Source: Candidatus Ventricola sp.
GTDB taxonomy: Bacteria; Bacillota; Clostridia; Christensenellales; Aristaeellaceae
Length of the DNA: 64,000 bases
Assembly (NCBI GenBank): GCA_051883735.1
Contig: JBJEUH010000077.1
Location: 2,043 to 66,042 of the forward strand
Direction: 5' to 3'
Part shown: piece by piece, positions 37,813 through 46,614 of the stretch
Layout: every line of letters starts with the position of its first letter
How positions within the stretch are numbered: the first letter of the stretch is position 1
The notes under the pieces: generated by a model
Databases searched by the model: none
What the model saw: the letters and a program-made list of their open reading frames with translations, nothing else
What the model was told of the DNA's origin: nothing
Made by a program: the position numbers and the translations under genes

Positions 37813-38852
37813 GGCGTATCCTCCCGTCCCTGCACAAGGCGTGCCGCGCCCTTCACATCGCCGCGCAGCCAGCGCAGGGCAAACGCGCGCGCGCGAATCT
37901 GCGTGCGCACGCCCTTGTGCGTCTTGAGCGTATACATCAGCAGCGGCATGGGCGAAATCAGCGCGCGCAGCAGGCTCTGCATCGTCCCGTTTTCCCGGTA
38001 TTCCTCCATCGCGCGATACACATCGGAAAGCTCCGGGTCCAGCCGGATGCCCTTGGTGATCAGCTTGTCGTAGCACAGCACCGGCAGCACGTCTTTGATC
38101 TCGTCAAACCGACCGCAAACCTTCGCGTATTCCCACAGCCGCACGGACAGCGTCATCAGCCGCCAGGCCAGCCTCGGCTTCTTCATGCCCATCAGCGAAT
38201 CGCCGCGCTGGACATAGTACACATACGGCGTATTCAGCGCCGCAATCGTGTGCGTATGCATCAGATACTGCGCGGAAAACAGCGTATCCTCCGCGAAAAT
38301 CTCGTCGTTCGGCGCAAAGCGCAGGCCGTTTTCCTCGATCACGCTGCGGCGGTAGAGCTTGCTCCACGCCTCCTGGCCGTGCCGATACGGCATCCAGTAC
38401 CGGTAAAAGTAGTTGGCGAGGCCCAGCCGGTCGACGTCGATCGTCTCGCGCTCAAAGCACAGGTACGGCCCCTGCTCCTGCCCGTCCACGACCAGCGCAT
38501 AGTTGTAGAGCACCTGCTGCGCGCCGGTTTCGTCCGCCGCGCGCACGGTTTCCTCCAGCCATCGCGGCGCGACATAATCGTCCGCATCGACAAATGCGAT
38601 GTACTCGCCCCGCGCAACTTCCAGGCCCGCGTTGCGCGCGGAGGACAGGCCGCCGTTTGGCTTGTGGATCTGGCGGATGCGGCTGTCGCGCTGTGCATAG
38701 GCCTGCATGATCGCCGGACAGCCGTCCTTCGTGCCGTCATCGACCAGGATCAGCTCGTAATCCTGAAACGTCTGCGCGAGGATGCTGTCTATGCACCTGG
38801 GCAGATACGCCTCCACCTGGTAGACCGGCACAATCACGCTCACACGGCACAT
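37809..38852 (-). CDS. Family 2 glycosyltransferase (copy 1)
   Basis: 347 aa. VSVIVPVYQVEAYL ... LVDDGTKDGC ... FVDADD. GAGGAGGG SD. Confidence 0.85.
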   Translation of the reverse strand: MCRVSVIVPVYQVEAYLPRCIDSILAQTFQDYELILVDDGTKDGCPAIMQAYAQRDSRIRQIHKPNGGLSSARNAGLEVARGEYIAFVDADDYVAPRWLEETVRAADETGAQQVLYNYALVVDGQEQGPYLCFERETIDVDRLGLANYFYRYWMPYRHGQEAWSKLYRRSVIEENGLRFAPNDEIFAEDTLFSAQYLMHTHTIAALNTPYVYYVQRGDSLMGMKKPRLAWRLMTLSVRLWEYAKVCGRFDEIKDVLPVLCYDKLITKGIRLDPELSDVYRAMEEYRENGTMQSLLRALISPMPLLMYTLKTHKGVRTQIRARAFALRWLRGDVKGAARLVQGREDTP

Positions 38853-38895
38853 CCGCTTTCCCTCCTCACACGCAGTTGCACAACCATACAGATTG

Positions 38896-38925
38896 ATTAT
38901 ACCATATGATACAAGGCCATGACAA
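38896..38925 (-). promoter_or_regulatory. Sigma-A-type promoter of the GT2/pyruvyl-transferase operon
   Basis: Minus strand reads TTGTCA-18 nt-(TGg)TATAAT, about 40 nt upstream of the first GT2 start. Confidence 0.55.
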
Positions 38926-38962
38926 GGGCCTCCCCCGGCCGGGAAGGCCGCTGCATACAAAA

Positions 38963-39054
38963 CCGGCATGCTGCCGGCGGCATCACGGACAAAGCTCCGT
39001 CAATCATGAAGCTCTGTGCCCGGCAACGGCACTGTACGGAAAGATTTACATAAC
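38963..39054 (-). repeat. Intergenic repeat element, copy B
   Basis: Its reverse complement aligns with 3166-3255: identical 24-mer GTGATGCCGCCGGCAGCATGCCGG, a 13/15 match at the other end, and a diverged middle. On the minus strand the hairpin is followed by TTTTGT. Confidence 0.5.
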
Positions 39055-39093
39055 AAACGGACACACCGCTGAGATGCCCTCAGGACGGTGTGT
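39050..39093 (-). terminator. Terminator hairpin downstream of rnpB
   Basis: Minus-strand ACACACCG-(17 nt)-CGGTGTGT followed by CCGTTTGTTATG. Confidence 0.5.
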
Positions 39094-39115
39094 CCGGCTG
39101 CTGTCAAAAATGTCT

Positions 39116-39452
39116 GTGAGCGTTGCCTGTAAGCCGAGTTCTGTAATCGGCGGTCATCTATCTAGACCCGCTGTTGCCAGCGGGTTCAAGCGAAATCCTG
39201 AGAGCTCGACGGGCCGTCTCAAACGCTCTTTCGTTTCTTGCTGCGAGTGGGGTTTACATCGCGGACGAGTCGCCAGGCCGCGGGTGAGCTCTTACCTCAC
39301 CTTTCCACCCTTACACGCCTTGCGGCATGCGGTATCTCTCTGTTGCACTTTCCCTGGGGTCGCCCCCGCCGGGCGTTACCCGGCACCCTGCCCTATGCAG
39401 CTCGGACTTTCCTCACACCTTCCGGCGCGCGGCCGCCCGGCAGCCTCACAAA
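39116..39452 (-). ncRNA. rnpB: RNase P RNA (bacterial type A-like)
   Basis: The minus strand contains the universally conserved GAGGAAAGTCCGAGC near the 5' end, GGGTAACGCC, and ACAGAACTCGGCTTACAGG near the 3' end. The 5' GTGAGGC and 3' ...GCTCAC can form P1. A consensus promoter lies immediately upstream. Confidence 0.85.
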
Positions 39453-39459
39453 CGTTCAG

Positions 39460-39488
39460 ATTATATCACATTCTACCGCGCTTGTCAA
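39460..39488 (-). promoter_or_regulatory. Consensus sigma-A promoter of rnpB
   Basis: Minus strand reads TTGACA-17 nt-TATAAT exactly. The -35 overlaps the stop codon of the upstream CDS. Confidence 0.75.
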
Positions 39489-39838
39489 CGGCGGGACAGC
39501 GCGATGAGCGAGAGCAGCTCCTCGTCGATCGCCTGCGCGTCCGGAAGATGGATGTGCGCGGTATAACGCGTCCTCGATACGGGCACCACCATGGCAAACC
39601 GCGGATGCTCCGCCGCCTCCCGCAGGCTGATGCTCAGCCACAGCCCCTCCATGCGCTTTCTGGGCGGAAAGGAGACGTACAGATACGGCCTGGGATCGTC
39701 AAAGGCCACGCACGTCTTCATCACGCGCAGGCGCGTATCCGGCCAGCGCGCGAGCACCCGCCCCCTCAGCGCCTCAAACAGTGCCCACTGCAGGGGCTTG
39801 CCCGCAAAAAACGCGTCAGTCTGCGCGATGACGTCCAT
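39485..39838 (-). CDS. Hypothetical protein (117 aa)
   Basis: Intact ORF with a GGGAGGGGG SD and non-repetitive composition. No family recognised with confidence. Confidence 0.55.
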   Translation of the reverse strand: MDVIAQTDAFFAGKPLQWALFEALRGRVLARWPDTRLRVMKTCVAFDDPRPYLYVSFPPRKRMEGLWLSISLREAAEHPRFAMVVPVSRTRYTAHIHLPDAQAIDEELLSLIALSRR

Positions 39839-39869
39839 ACGATTCCCCCTCCCTGCGGCGCCGCGAACA

Positions 39870-39893
39870 GAAAAAGCGGACCGAAGCCCGCTT
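39870..39893 (-). terminator. Intrinsic terminator after the COG1579 gene
   Basis: Minus-strand AAGCGG-GCTTCGGT-CCGCTT followed by TTTTCT. Confidence 0.55.
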
Positions 39894-39925
39894 CTCTTGA
39901 CTCATGGGAAACTGCAAAAACCGTG

Positions 39926-39985
39926 CAGCGGGCACCGAACAGCTTGCTTTTCAAAAGCCGTTCGGAAGCGGGCACAGTCCGCTTA
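39926..39985. repeat. Hairpin repeat family C, inverted double copy
   Basis: CCGAACAGCTTG (39935-39946) and, inverted, AAGCCGTTCGGAAGCGGGCACAGTCCGCTT (39955-39984). Related to 42192-42226. Confidence 0.45.
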
Positions 39986-40690
39986 CTTGACCAGGATGAT
40001 GCGGCCGCAGTTCTCGCACTCCACATACGGCTGGCCGCTGCGCACCTTGTCCTTGTCCGCGGCGGAGAGCTGCATGTTGCAGCCGCCGCAGCGGTCGTCA
40101 TGCAGGCGCGTGATGGGCATCGCCGCGTGGCGCTTGATCGATTTGTACTTCTCAATCAGCGCCGGATCGATGCCCTCCGCCTCCTTTGCCACTTTCTTCT
40201 TGAGCTCCTCGAGCTTGACGGAGGCCGTCTTGAACTCCTCGTCGTAGAGGACCTTGATGCGGTCAAACTCCGCGCGGGCCTTGGCGGCGCGCACGCGCAC
40301 CTCGCGCTGCTGGCGGTCGCGCGCCTCGCTGTCCTTGCGCATCTTGGCCAGCTCCGACTCATAGCGGGAGATGGTGGTCAGCAGCTTCTGGATGGACGCG
40401 ATCTGCTTCTTCGCCTCCTCGAGATCCTGCGGACGGTTCGCCTCAAAGTTCGCCGTCGCCTCGGCCACGGAGCCGCTCAGGCGCGTGATCTCATCCGCCA
40501 GCGCTTCCATCCGGTCGCTCATGATCTCCACGTCCGACTCAATCTTCTTGAGGACGCTCTGCTGCTCCAGCAGGAATTCGCGGTGCTTGAGCAGCTCCTT
40601 GCGGTTGCTGCTCGCGCGCATCTCCTTCTCATACTGATCCAGCTCCATATCGACCTGCTGGTACTGCCACAAAAGTTCGTACTGCTGCAA
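39983..40690 (-). CDS. C4-type zinc-ribbon coiled-coil protein (COG1579 family)
   Basis: About 235 aa. Long coiled coil then CGGCNMQL...CENCGRIL. Start set at the TTG 7 nt after AAGGAGG. Usual neighbour of NIF3 genes. Confidence 0.8.
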   Translation of the reverse strand: MQQYELLWQYQQVDMELDQYEKEMRASSNRKELLKHREFLLEQQSVLKKIESDVEIMSDRMEALADEITRLSGSVAEATANFEANRPQDLEEAKKQIASIQKLLTTISRYESELAKMRKDSEARDRQQREVRVRAAKARAEFDRIKVLYDEEFKTASVKLEELKKKVAKEAEGIDPALIEKYKSIKRHAAMPITRLHDDRCGGCNMQLSAADKDKVRSGQPYVECENCGRIILVK

Positions 40691-40709
40691 AATAAGGCCC
40701 TCCTTATCA

Positions 40710-42173
40710 TCAACGCCCAAAGGGATTTCCCTTGGAGCAAAAAACCGTTACATTATATTTTAGCGCATCGCAGGCATTTTGTAAAGCGTTGGCCATCACT
40801 TCGCAGGCAGGATTTTCCGTTTCAAAGTGCCCCGCCTCGATAACGCACACGCCGCTGTCCATCGCCTCCAGCGCGACATGATGCTTGATCTCGCCGGTGA
40901 TGAAGCAGTCCGCGCCCAGCGCAACGGCCTCCGGGAAGAGGCTTCCGCCCGCGCCGGAGCAGCAGCCCAGCCTCGTGACCGGCGTGTCTGCCGCGCCGTA
41001 TGCGCGCACCGTCGCGCGCAGCTTTCTCTGCGCCCGCGCGCACAGCGCGCCGAAGGTCATGCCCTCCTCCAGCTCGCCCACGCGGACGCAGCCCTCACCC
41101 TGCACGTTCTTTGCGCCCATCAGCGCCATCAGCGTGTCGTTCACGCCGCCCGGCGCGCTGTCGAAGTTCGTGTGCGCGGCGATGTGCGCGATGCCGTTTT
41201 CCGCCAGCGCGAGCAGCAGCCTGCCCTCGCGGTCGCCGTCCGTCATGCGCCTGCGCGCATCCATCATGATCGGGTGATGCGTGACGATCGCCTGCACGCC
41301 CAGCGCCCTGGCCTCCTTAATCACGCCGTCCGTCAGATCCAGCGCCGTCAGCACGCGCGTGACGCGCCTGTCCGCGAATCCCACGAGCAGCCCGACGTTG
41401 TCCCAATCCTCCGCCAGCTCGTATGGCGCGATTTCGCCGACGAGCCGCTCAAGCTCCTTCACCGTGCATGCATTCACATTCATCGCCTCCGCCATCCACT
41501 GCAGCTCCCGGCTGCTGATCTCCATGCGCGCACGCGCCTTGTCGGAATCAAGCGCCGCCGTCTGCTCCATCTCGCGCACGCGCACGCTCCGCTGCCAGGC
41601 AAAGTATGCCCGCTGCCCCTCGTCCTGCATGCCGCCTGCCGCCGTGCCCAGCAGCGCCCCGCGCTCAGAAAGGGCTTGAACCCCGCCAGCTCGGGCCAGC
41701 ATCGTCACATAGTGCCTGCCCGCCGCGCGGGAGAAGACCTCCCGCTCCACGCAAAAGCCCATCGCGGCCAGCTCGCGGCGCAGCAGCGGCAGATCGACGT
41801 TCGCCTGCAGGATCAGCGATGCGCTGCCGATCCGCTCCCGGCCCTCGCGGAGAATCCGGAGGATCGTCTCCGCGCCCATGCCCGCGATCACGATGGCCTG
41901 CACCGGCCGGTCGATGCCCGCCAGCCCGTCTGCGCAGACGACCTGCGCGCGCCCCATAAGGCCCCTGGCCGCCAGCAGCCGCCGCGCCTTGTCAAGGGAG
42001 GGGCCGCTCACGTCGCTGGCGATCATGAAAAGCCGGCCGCAGCGCTCCAGCAGATGCGCCGTCAGCTGCCCGTGATCGCAGCCGATATCCGCCGCGCAGG
42101 GGCTTTCGCAGCCGTCTACGGCCTCCAGCACCAGGTCCGCCATCGCGCCGAGCCGATCGTCCAGCTGAACCAT
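40710..42173 (-). CDS. Fusion protein: tRNA (adenine22-N1)-methyltransferase TrmK domain + NIF3-family (YqfO-like) domain
   Basis: 487 aa single ORF. Residues about 1-225 are TrmK-like (AADIGCDHGQLTAHLL ... IASDVSGPSL ... IAGMGAETI). Residues about 245-487 are NIF3-like (LAEDWDNVGLLVGF ... IVTHHP ... HTNFD ... AGHFETE). Confidence 0.8.
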   Translation of the reverse strand: MVQLDDRLGAMADLVLEAVDGCESPCAADIGCDHGQLTAHLLERCGRLFMIASDVSGPSLDKARRLLAARGLMGRAQVVCADGLAGIDRPVQAIVIAGMGAETILRILREGRERIGSASLILQANVDLPLLRRELAAMGFCVEREVFSRAAGRHYVTMLARAGGVQALSERGALLGTAAGGMQDEGQRAYFAWQRSVRVREMEQTAALDSDKARARMEISSRELQWMAEAMNVNACTVKELERLVGEIAPYELAEDWDNVGLLVGFADRRVTRVLTALDLTDGVIKEARALGVQAIVTHHPIMMDARRRMTDGDREGRLLLALAENGIAHIAAHTNFDSAPGGVNDTLMALMGAKNVQGEGCVRVGELEEGMTFGALCARAQRKLRATVRAYGAADTPVTRLGCCSGAGGSLFPEAVALGADCFITGEIKHHVALEAMDSGVCVIEAGHFETENPACEVMANALQNACDALKYNVTVFCSKGNPFGR

Positions 42174-42191
42174 ACGTCCTCTCCTTTACAG

Positions 42192-42226
42192 GCGGGCTGT
42201 GCCCGCTCCCACTTCCGAACAGCTTG
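42192..42226 (+). repeat. Hairpin repeat family C, single copy
   Basis: GCGGGCTGTGCCCGCTCCCACTTCCGAACAGCTTG. Contains the hairpin GCGGGC-TGT-GCCCGC and the shared CCGAACAGCTTG 12-mer. Confidence 0.45.
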
Positions 42227-42282
42227 ACAGGTCGAGATGCCCAGTGCTCGCTGCACGATTCTTTACGCAGTTCCTTACAGTG

Positions 42283-42308
42283 AAAAAACGAGGGACTTTC
42301 GCCCCTCG
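42283..42308 (-). terminator. Intrinsic terminator after sigA
   Basis: Minus-strand CGAGGG-GCGAAAGT-CCCTCG followed by TTTTTT. Confidence 0.7.
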
Positions 42309-42316
42309 GAAGTCGA

Positions 42317-43414
42317 TTATTCGAGATAGTCCTTGAGCTTCTTGCTGCGGCTCGGGTGACGCAGCTTGCGCAGCGCCTTCGCCTCGATCTGGCGGATGCG
42401 CTCGCGCGTGACGTTGAACTGCTGGCCGACCTCTTCAAGCGTCCTCTGGCGTCCGTCCTCCAGGCCAAAGCGCAGGGACAGCACCTTCTTCTCGCGCGGG
42501 GTCAGGGTATCGAGCACGCTCATGAGCTGCTCCTTCATCAGGGTGAAGGAGGCGGCCTCCGCAGGCGGCGGCGCGTCGTCGTCCTGGATGAAGTCGCCCA
42601 GGTGGGAGTCCTCCTCCTCGCCGATCGGCGTCTCCAGGGAGACCGGCTCCTGCGCGATCTTGATGATCTCGCGGACCTTCTCCACCGAGATGCCCATCGC
42701 CTCGGCGATCTCCTCCGGCTGCGGCTCACGGCCCTTCTCCTGCAGGAGCTGGCGGCTGACGCGGATCAGCTTGTTGATCGTCTCGACCATGTGCACCGGG
42801 ATGCGGATCGTGCGCGCCTGATCGGCGATCGCGCGGGTGATCGCCTGGCGGATCCACCAGGTCGCATAGGTGGAGAACTTGAAGCCCTTGGTGTAGTCAA
42901 ACTTTTCCACGGCTTTGATCAGGCCCAGGTTGCCCTCCTGAATCAGATCCAGGAACAGCATGCCGCGGCCGACATAGCGCTTGGCGATGGAGACGACCAG
43001 GCGCAGGTTCGCCTCGGCCAGCTTCTTCTTCGCCGCCTCAGCCTCCGGGCCGCCCTCGAGCATCTTCTTGGCGATCTCGATCTCCTCGTCCGCGGTGAGC
43101 AGCGGCACCTTGCCGATCTCCTTGAGGTACATGCGCACCGGGTCGTCGATGCTGATGCCCTCCGGCACAGACAGGTCAAGCTCCGGCTCCGCGACCTCCT
43201 GGACGGCAGCGACCGCCTCGTCCTCGGAGCTGCTCACGATGCTGACGCCCTCCGCTTCCAGCGTCTCAAAGACCGCATCAATCGCATCCGCGTCGATATC
43301 CAGCTCGCTGAGCTTGTTCATCACTTCCTGATAAGAGATCGTCTTCTTCTCGTTGCGCGCGAGATCGAGAATCTCCTTGACCTTCTGCTGCGCCTGTTCA
43401 CGTGTCAGTGCCAT
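42317..43414 (-). CDS. sigA: RNA polymerase primary sigma factor
   Basis: 365 aa. Regions 1.2-4.2 include [27 protein letters not shown] and a C-terminal 4.2 HTH ([30 protein letters not shown]). Confidence 0.95.
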   Translation of the reverse strand: MALTREQAQQKVKEILDLARNEKKTISYQEVMNKLSELDIDADAIDAVFETLEAEGVSIVSSSEDEAVAAVQEVAEPELDLSVPEGISIDDPVRMYLKEIGKVPLLTADEEIEIAKKMLEGGPEAEAAKKKLAEANLRLVVSIAKRYVGRGMLFLDLIQEGNLGLIKAVEKFDYTKGFKFSTYATWWIRQAITRAIADQARTIRIPVHMVETINKLIRVSRQLLQEKGREPQPEEIAEAMGISVEKVREIIKIAQEPVSLETPIGEEEDSHLGDFIQDDDAPPPAEAASFTLMKEQLMSVLDTLTPREKKVLSLRFGLEDGRQRTLEEVGQQFNVTRERIRQIEAKALRKLRHPSRSKKLKDYLE

Positions 43415-43420
43415 AAGAAG

Positions 43421-45175
43421 TCATTCCTTTCTTCCGGCCGTCTGTCTTTCCTTCGTCAGTTCCTGTATCTTCAAAAGCGTTTTGCGCTTATCTTCGCCCG
43501 TCTGATGTTCGAGCTCCTTCTGAAGCGCCGCGATCTTCTCCTCGATGCGCTTCCTGTGCAGGATGCGCAGACAGTCGCCTGCCATGCGCAGCTGCCCGTC
43601 CTCGCCCGCGCCGCTGTCCTTCTCAAGCAGTCTGGCTGTGCGCGCGCGTTCGTTTTCGTCCTCAATCTCCTCGAGGATCGCGCCCGGCGTCATGCCCGCG
43701 ATGAGCTTCTGCGCCAGCGCTCGCCGCTCCCCGGAGATAAAATCGTCCGCCGTCACCGTGCCCGGCTCCATGCGGTTTTCCGCCAGCAGCAGCAGCAGCT
43801 GGCGCTCCGCGGCGGCCGTCTCGGTATCCACGCCCTCGTTCATTTCCTCCAGCGGACGGGCCGCGTGGCGGTACGTCCTCTGCTGCTCCCGGCTGAGCAT
43901 CTCCGTGCGGCCGATCTGCGCCAGCAGCACGTCGCGCGGGAAGCCGGTGGCCAGCATGAGCTCCTTCACATAGTTTTCCAGCTCGACGGGCTCCTTCACT
44001 TTCGCCAGGTATTTGGCGCAGGCGATGGCATAGGCGGTGCGGCCCTCCTGGGTGGAGAGGTCGTGATGCTGCGCCTCCTGCTTCATGCGGTAGCTCGTCG
44101 CGTCCATCGGGTTCAGGCTGTCCATCGCCTGCGGCCCGAATGCCCGGATATACTCGTCCGGGTCCATGCCGTCGGGAAAGACGAGCACGCGCGCCTTCAC
44201 GTTTTCCTCGTCAAAGATCTCCAGCGCGCGCATGATCGCCTTCTGGCCCGCGGCGTCGCCGTCGTAGGATACCCAGATTTCCGGCGCGTAGCGCTTAAGC
44301 AGCCTCGCCTGCTCGATCGTCAGCGCCGTGCCCAGCGTCGCGCACACGCCCGGCACGCCCGCCTGCGTCAGCGCGATCACGTCCATGTAGCCCTCGACCA
44401 GGATCACGCGCTTGAGACCCCGCTGCTTCTTGAGCAGGTTTGCCGCAAACACGCCCAGCCGCTTGTTGAACACCGGCGTATCGCCCGTGTTGAGGTATTT
44501 CGGTTTGATATCGCCCAGCGCGCGCCCGCCGAAGCCCAGCACGCGCCCCTGCGCGTCGATGATCGGGAAGATCGCGCGCTGGCGGAACATGTCGTAGACC
44601 CGCCCGTCGCGCCGGGCCGAAATGCCCGCACGAACGAGCTCATCGTCCGTAAAGCCCAGCGCACGCATGGCCTGCGTCGCGCCGTCAGACCTTGCGGGCG
44701 TGGAGCCCAGGCCAAACATGCGGATCGTCTGGTCATCCAGCCCCCGGTCATACAGATACGAGAGAATCTGCGCGTTTTCCTTCTTCCAGAGCTCGCCGTG
44801 GAAAAAGCGCGCGCACTGTCTGTTCGCCTCAAAGAGCCGCTCCTTCTCGCTGCGGCTCACCGCGTCCTCGCGGCCGGCGACCATCTCCGGCAGCTCCATG
44901 TGGTTCTGCTCGGCCAGCAGCTTCACCGCGTCGGCAAACTCCAGATGCTCCATCTCCATCACGAAGGTGATGGCGCTGCCGCCCGCGTGGCAGCCGAAGC
45001 AGTAGTACATCTGGCGCTGCGGATTGACGGTAAAGGAGGGCGTCTTCTCCCCGTGGAAGGGGCACAGTCCCCAGTAGCGCCCGCCCTTGGGGGTGAGGTG
45101 CACATACCTGGAGACCACCTGAACGATGTCGGAGCGTTCGCGCAGCTCGTCAAGCCACACCTGCGGAAACCTCAA
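43421..45175 (-). CDS. dnaG: DNA primase
   Basis: 584 aa. Zinc-binding CPFHGEKTPSFTV...CFGCHAGG, a TOPRIM domain (ILVEGYMDVI), and a C-terminal helicase-interaction domain. Confidence 0.95.
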   Translation of the reverse strand: MRFPQVWLDELRERSDIVQVVSRYVHLTPKGGRYWGLCPFHGEKTPSFTVNPQRQMYYCFGCHAGGSAITFVMEMEHLEFADAVKLLAEQNHMELPEMVAGREDAVSRSEKERLFEANRQCARFFHGELWKKENAQILSYLYDRGLDDQTIRMFGLGSTPARSDGATQAMRALGFTDDELVRAGISARRDGRVYDMFRQRAIFPIIDAQGRVLGFGGRALGDIKPKYLNTGDTPVFNKRLGVFAANLLKKQRGLKRVILVEGYMDVIALTQAGVPGVCATLGTALTIEQARLLKRYAPEIWVSYDGDAAGQKAIMRALEIFDEENVKARVLVFPDGMDPDEYIRAFGPQAMDSLNPMDATSYRMKQEAQHHDLSTQEGRTAYAIACAKYLAKVKEPVELENYVKELMLATGFPRDVLLAQIGRTEMLSREQQRTYRHAARPLEEMNEGVDTETAAAERQLLLLLAENRMEPGTVTADDFISGERRALAQKLIAGMTPGAILEEIEDENERARTARLLEKDSGAGEDGQLRMAGDCLRILHRKRIEEKIAALQKELEHQTGEDKRKTLLKIQELTKERQTAGRKE

Positions 45176-45299
45176 CGTCCTTCACCGCCCTCTCCTTTCG
45201 CCAGGGCCAAGCAGCCCAAATGCCGTCCTATCTTTTTCGCCGCAGGGCGGCGCATTCCTGCAAGGGATCTGCACTTTTTTCGGGAAAAAGTCCTTGTTT

Positions 45300-46307
45300 T
45301 CATCCAATTCCGTCAAAAAACGGCGGAATAAACAGCTTCTGATAGGTTTTGACCGCATACGCGTCGGTCATGCAGGCGACGAAATCGCACACGCCGCGCT
45401 GGAGTCCCTCGCGATAGACGATCTCCATGTACTCGTTGGGCATCTGCCCCGGATGCTCCATATAGTAGCCCACCAGCTCGGTGACGATGTGGTGCGTTTT
45501 CCGGCACTCGTTGTTCGCCCAGTCGCGGGAATACACGCGCTCAAACATGAAAGCGCGCAATTCCAGCAGCGCGTCCCAGATATCCGGCTCCATCGCCGTC
45601 TCGTTCCTGCCCTCGCTGTAGCGCACCACGCTGCGGATCATCGTGTCAATGCGCTCGCCGTGGGTCTGTCCCAGCGTGCGGATCGCATGCTTGGGCAGAT
45701 CCTCCACGCACAGCAGGCCGGCGCGCACCGCGTCGTCGATGTCGTGGTTGATGTAGGCGATGCGGTCCGCCAGATGCACGCAGCAGCCCTCCAGCGTCTG
45801 GGGCTTCACCTTGCCGGAGTGATGCTCGATGCCGTCGCGCACCTCCCAGGTGAGGTTGAGGCCGCGGCCCCCGTTTTCCAGCACCTCCACCACGCGCCGG
45901 CTCTGCTCCCTGTGCTCAAAGCCGCCCTCGATGATCTTGTCGAGCGCGTCCTCGCCCGCGTGGCCAAAGGGCGTGTGGCCCAGGTCGTGCCCCATGGCGA
46001 TCGCCTCGGCGAGGTCCTCGTTCAGCCGCAGCGCCCGCGCCAGCGTGCGCGCCACCTGCGTAACCTCCAGCGTATGCGTCAGGCGCGTCCTATAATGATC
46101 GCCCTGCGGGGAAAGAAACACCTGCGTCTTGCCCTTCAGGCGCCTGAAGGACTTGCAGTGCAGAATCCTGTCCCGGTCGCGCTGGAACTCCGTGCGCATG
46201 TCGTCCGCCGACACGGGCCTCTCCCGGCCGCGGCTCTCACACGAGAGCGTCGCATACGGGCTGAGCGTATCGCGCTCCCGCTGCTCAAGCATCGCCTTGA
46301 TGGTCAT
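45300..46307 (-). CDS. dGTP triphosphohydrolase-like HD-domain protein
   Basis: 335 aa from MTIKAMLEQ (GGGAGG SD). FQRDRDRILHCKSFRRLKGKTQVF, and HD motif RLTHTLEV...MGHDLGHTPFGH. Confidence 0.85.
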   Translation of the reverse strand: MTIKAMLEQRERDTLSPYATLSCESRGRERPVSADDMRTEFQRDRDRILHCKSFRRLKGKTQVFLSPQGDHYRTRLTHTLEVTQVARTLARALRLNEDLAEAIAMGHDLGHTPFGHAGEDALDKIIEGGFEHREQSRRVVEVLENGGRGLNLTWEVRDGIEHHSGKVKPQTLEGCCVHLADRIAYINHDIDDAVRAGLLCVEDLPKHAIRTLGQTHGERIDTMIRSVVRYSEGRNETAMEPDIWDALLELRAFMFERVYSRDWANNECRKTHHIVTELVGYYMEHPGQMPNEYMEIVYREGLQRGVCDFVACMTDAYAVKTYQKLFIPPFFDGIG

Positions 46308-46431
46308 CTGCGCCGCCTCCCTTCTCAGGGCCGCTGATCCAGGGAACTCGCATAGTCGCGCCATTGGGCGCTCCTTGCGATTCCCGGCGTTCCGCCTGCC
46401 TGTTTCCGCCACCGGCGGCGGCAGGCTCCAG

Positions 46432-46504
46432 CCCCTGAAACCAACCTGAGGGACATTGTCCCTCAGACTCCCTTCTTCGCTTCGCACTTTGATCCGAAGT
46501 GCGG
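46432..46504 (+). repeat. Hairpin repeat family R, copy 2
   Basis: CCCCTGAAACC, hairpin CTGAGGGAC-ATT-GTCCCTCAG, ACTCCCTTCTTCGCTTCGC...CCGAAG. Aligns with 24990-25066. Confidence 0.5.
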
Positions 46505-46554
46505 ATATATAGAAGCATAATTCGACACCGACGGACAAAAACCTATCGCGGCGC

Positions 46555-46591
46555 AAAAAATCCCCGCTTCAACTTTTTGGGTCAAAGCGGG
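46555..46591 (-). terminator. Intrinsic terminator after thiN
   Basis: Minus-strand CCCGCTT-(13 nt)-AAGCGGG followed by GATTTTTT. Confidence 0.55.
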
Positions 46592-46614
46592 TTGTATGCT
46601 TTTTGCAGGCCGGC

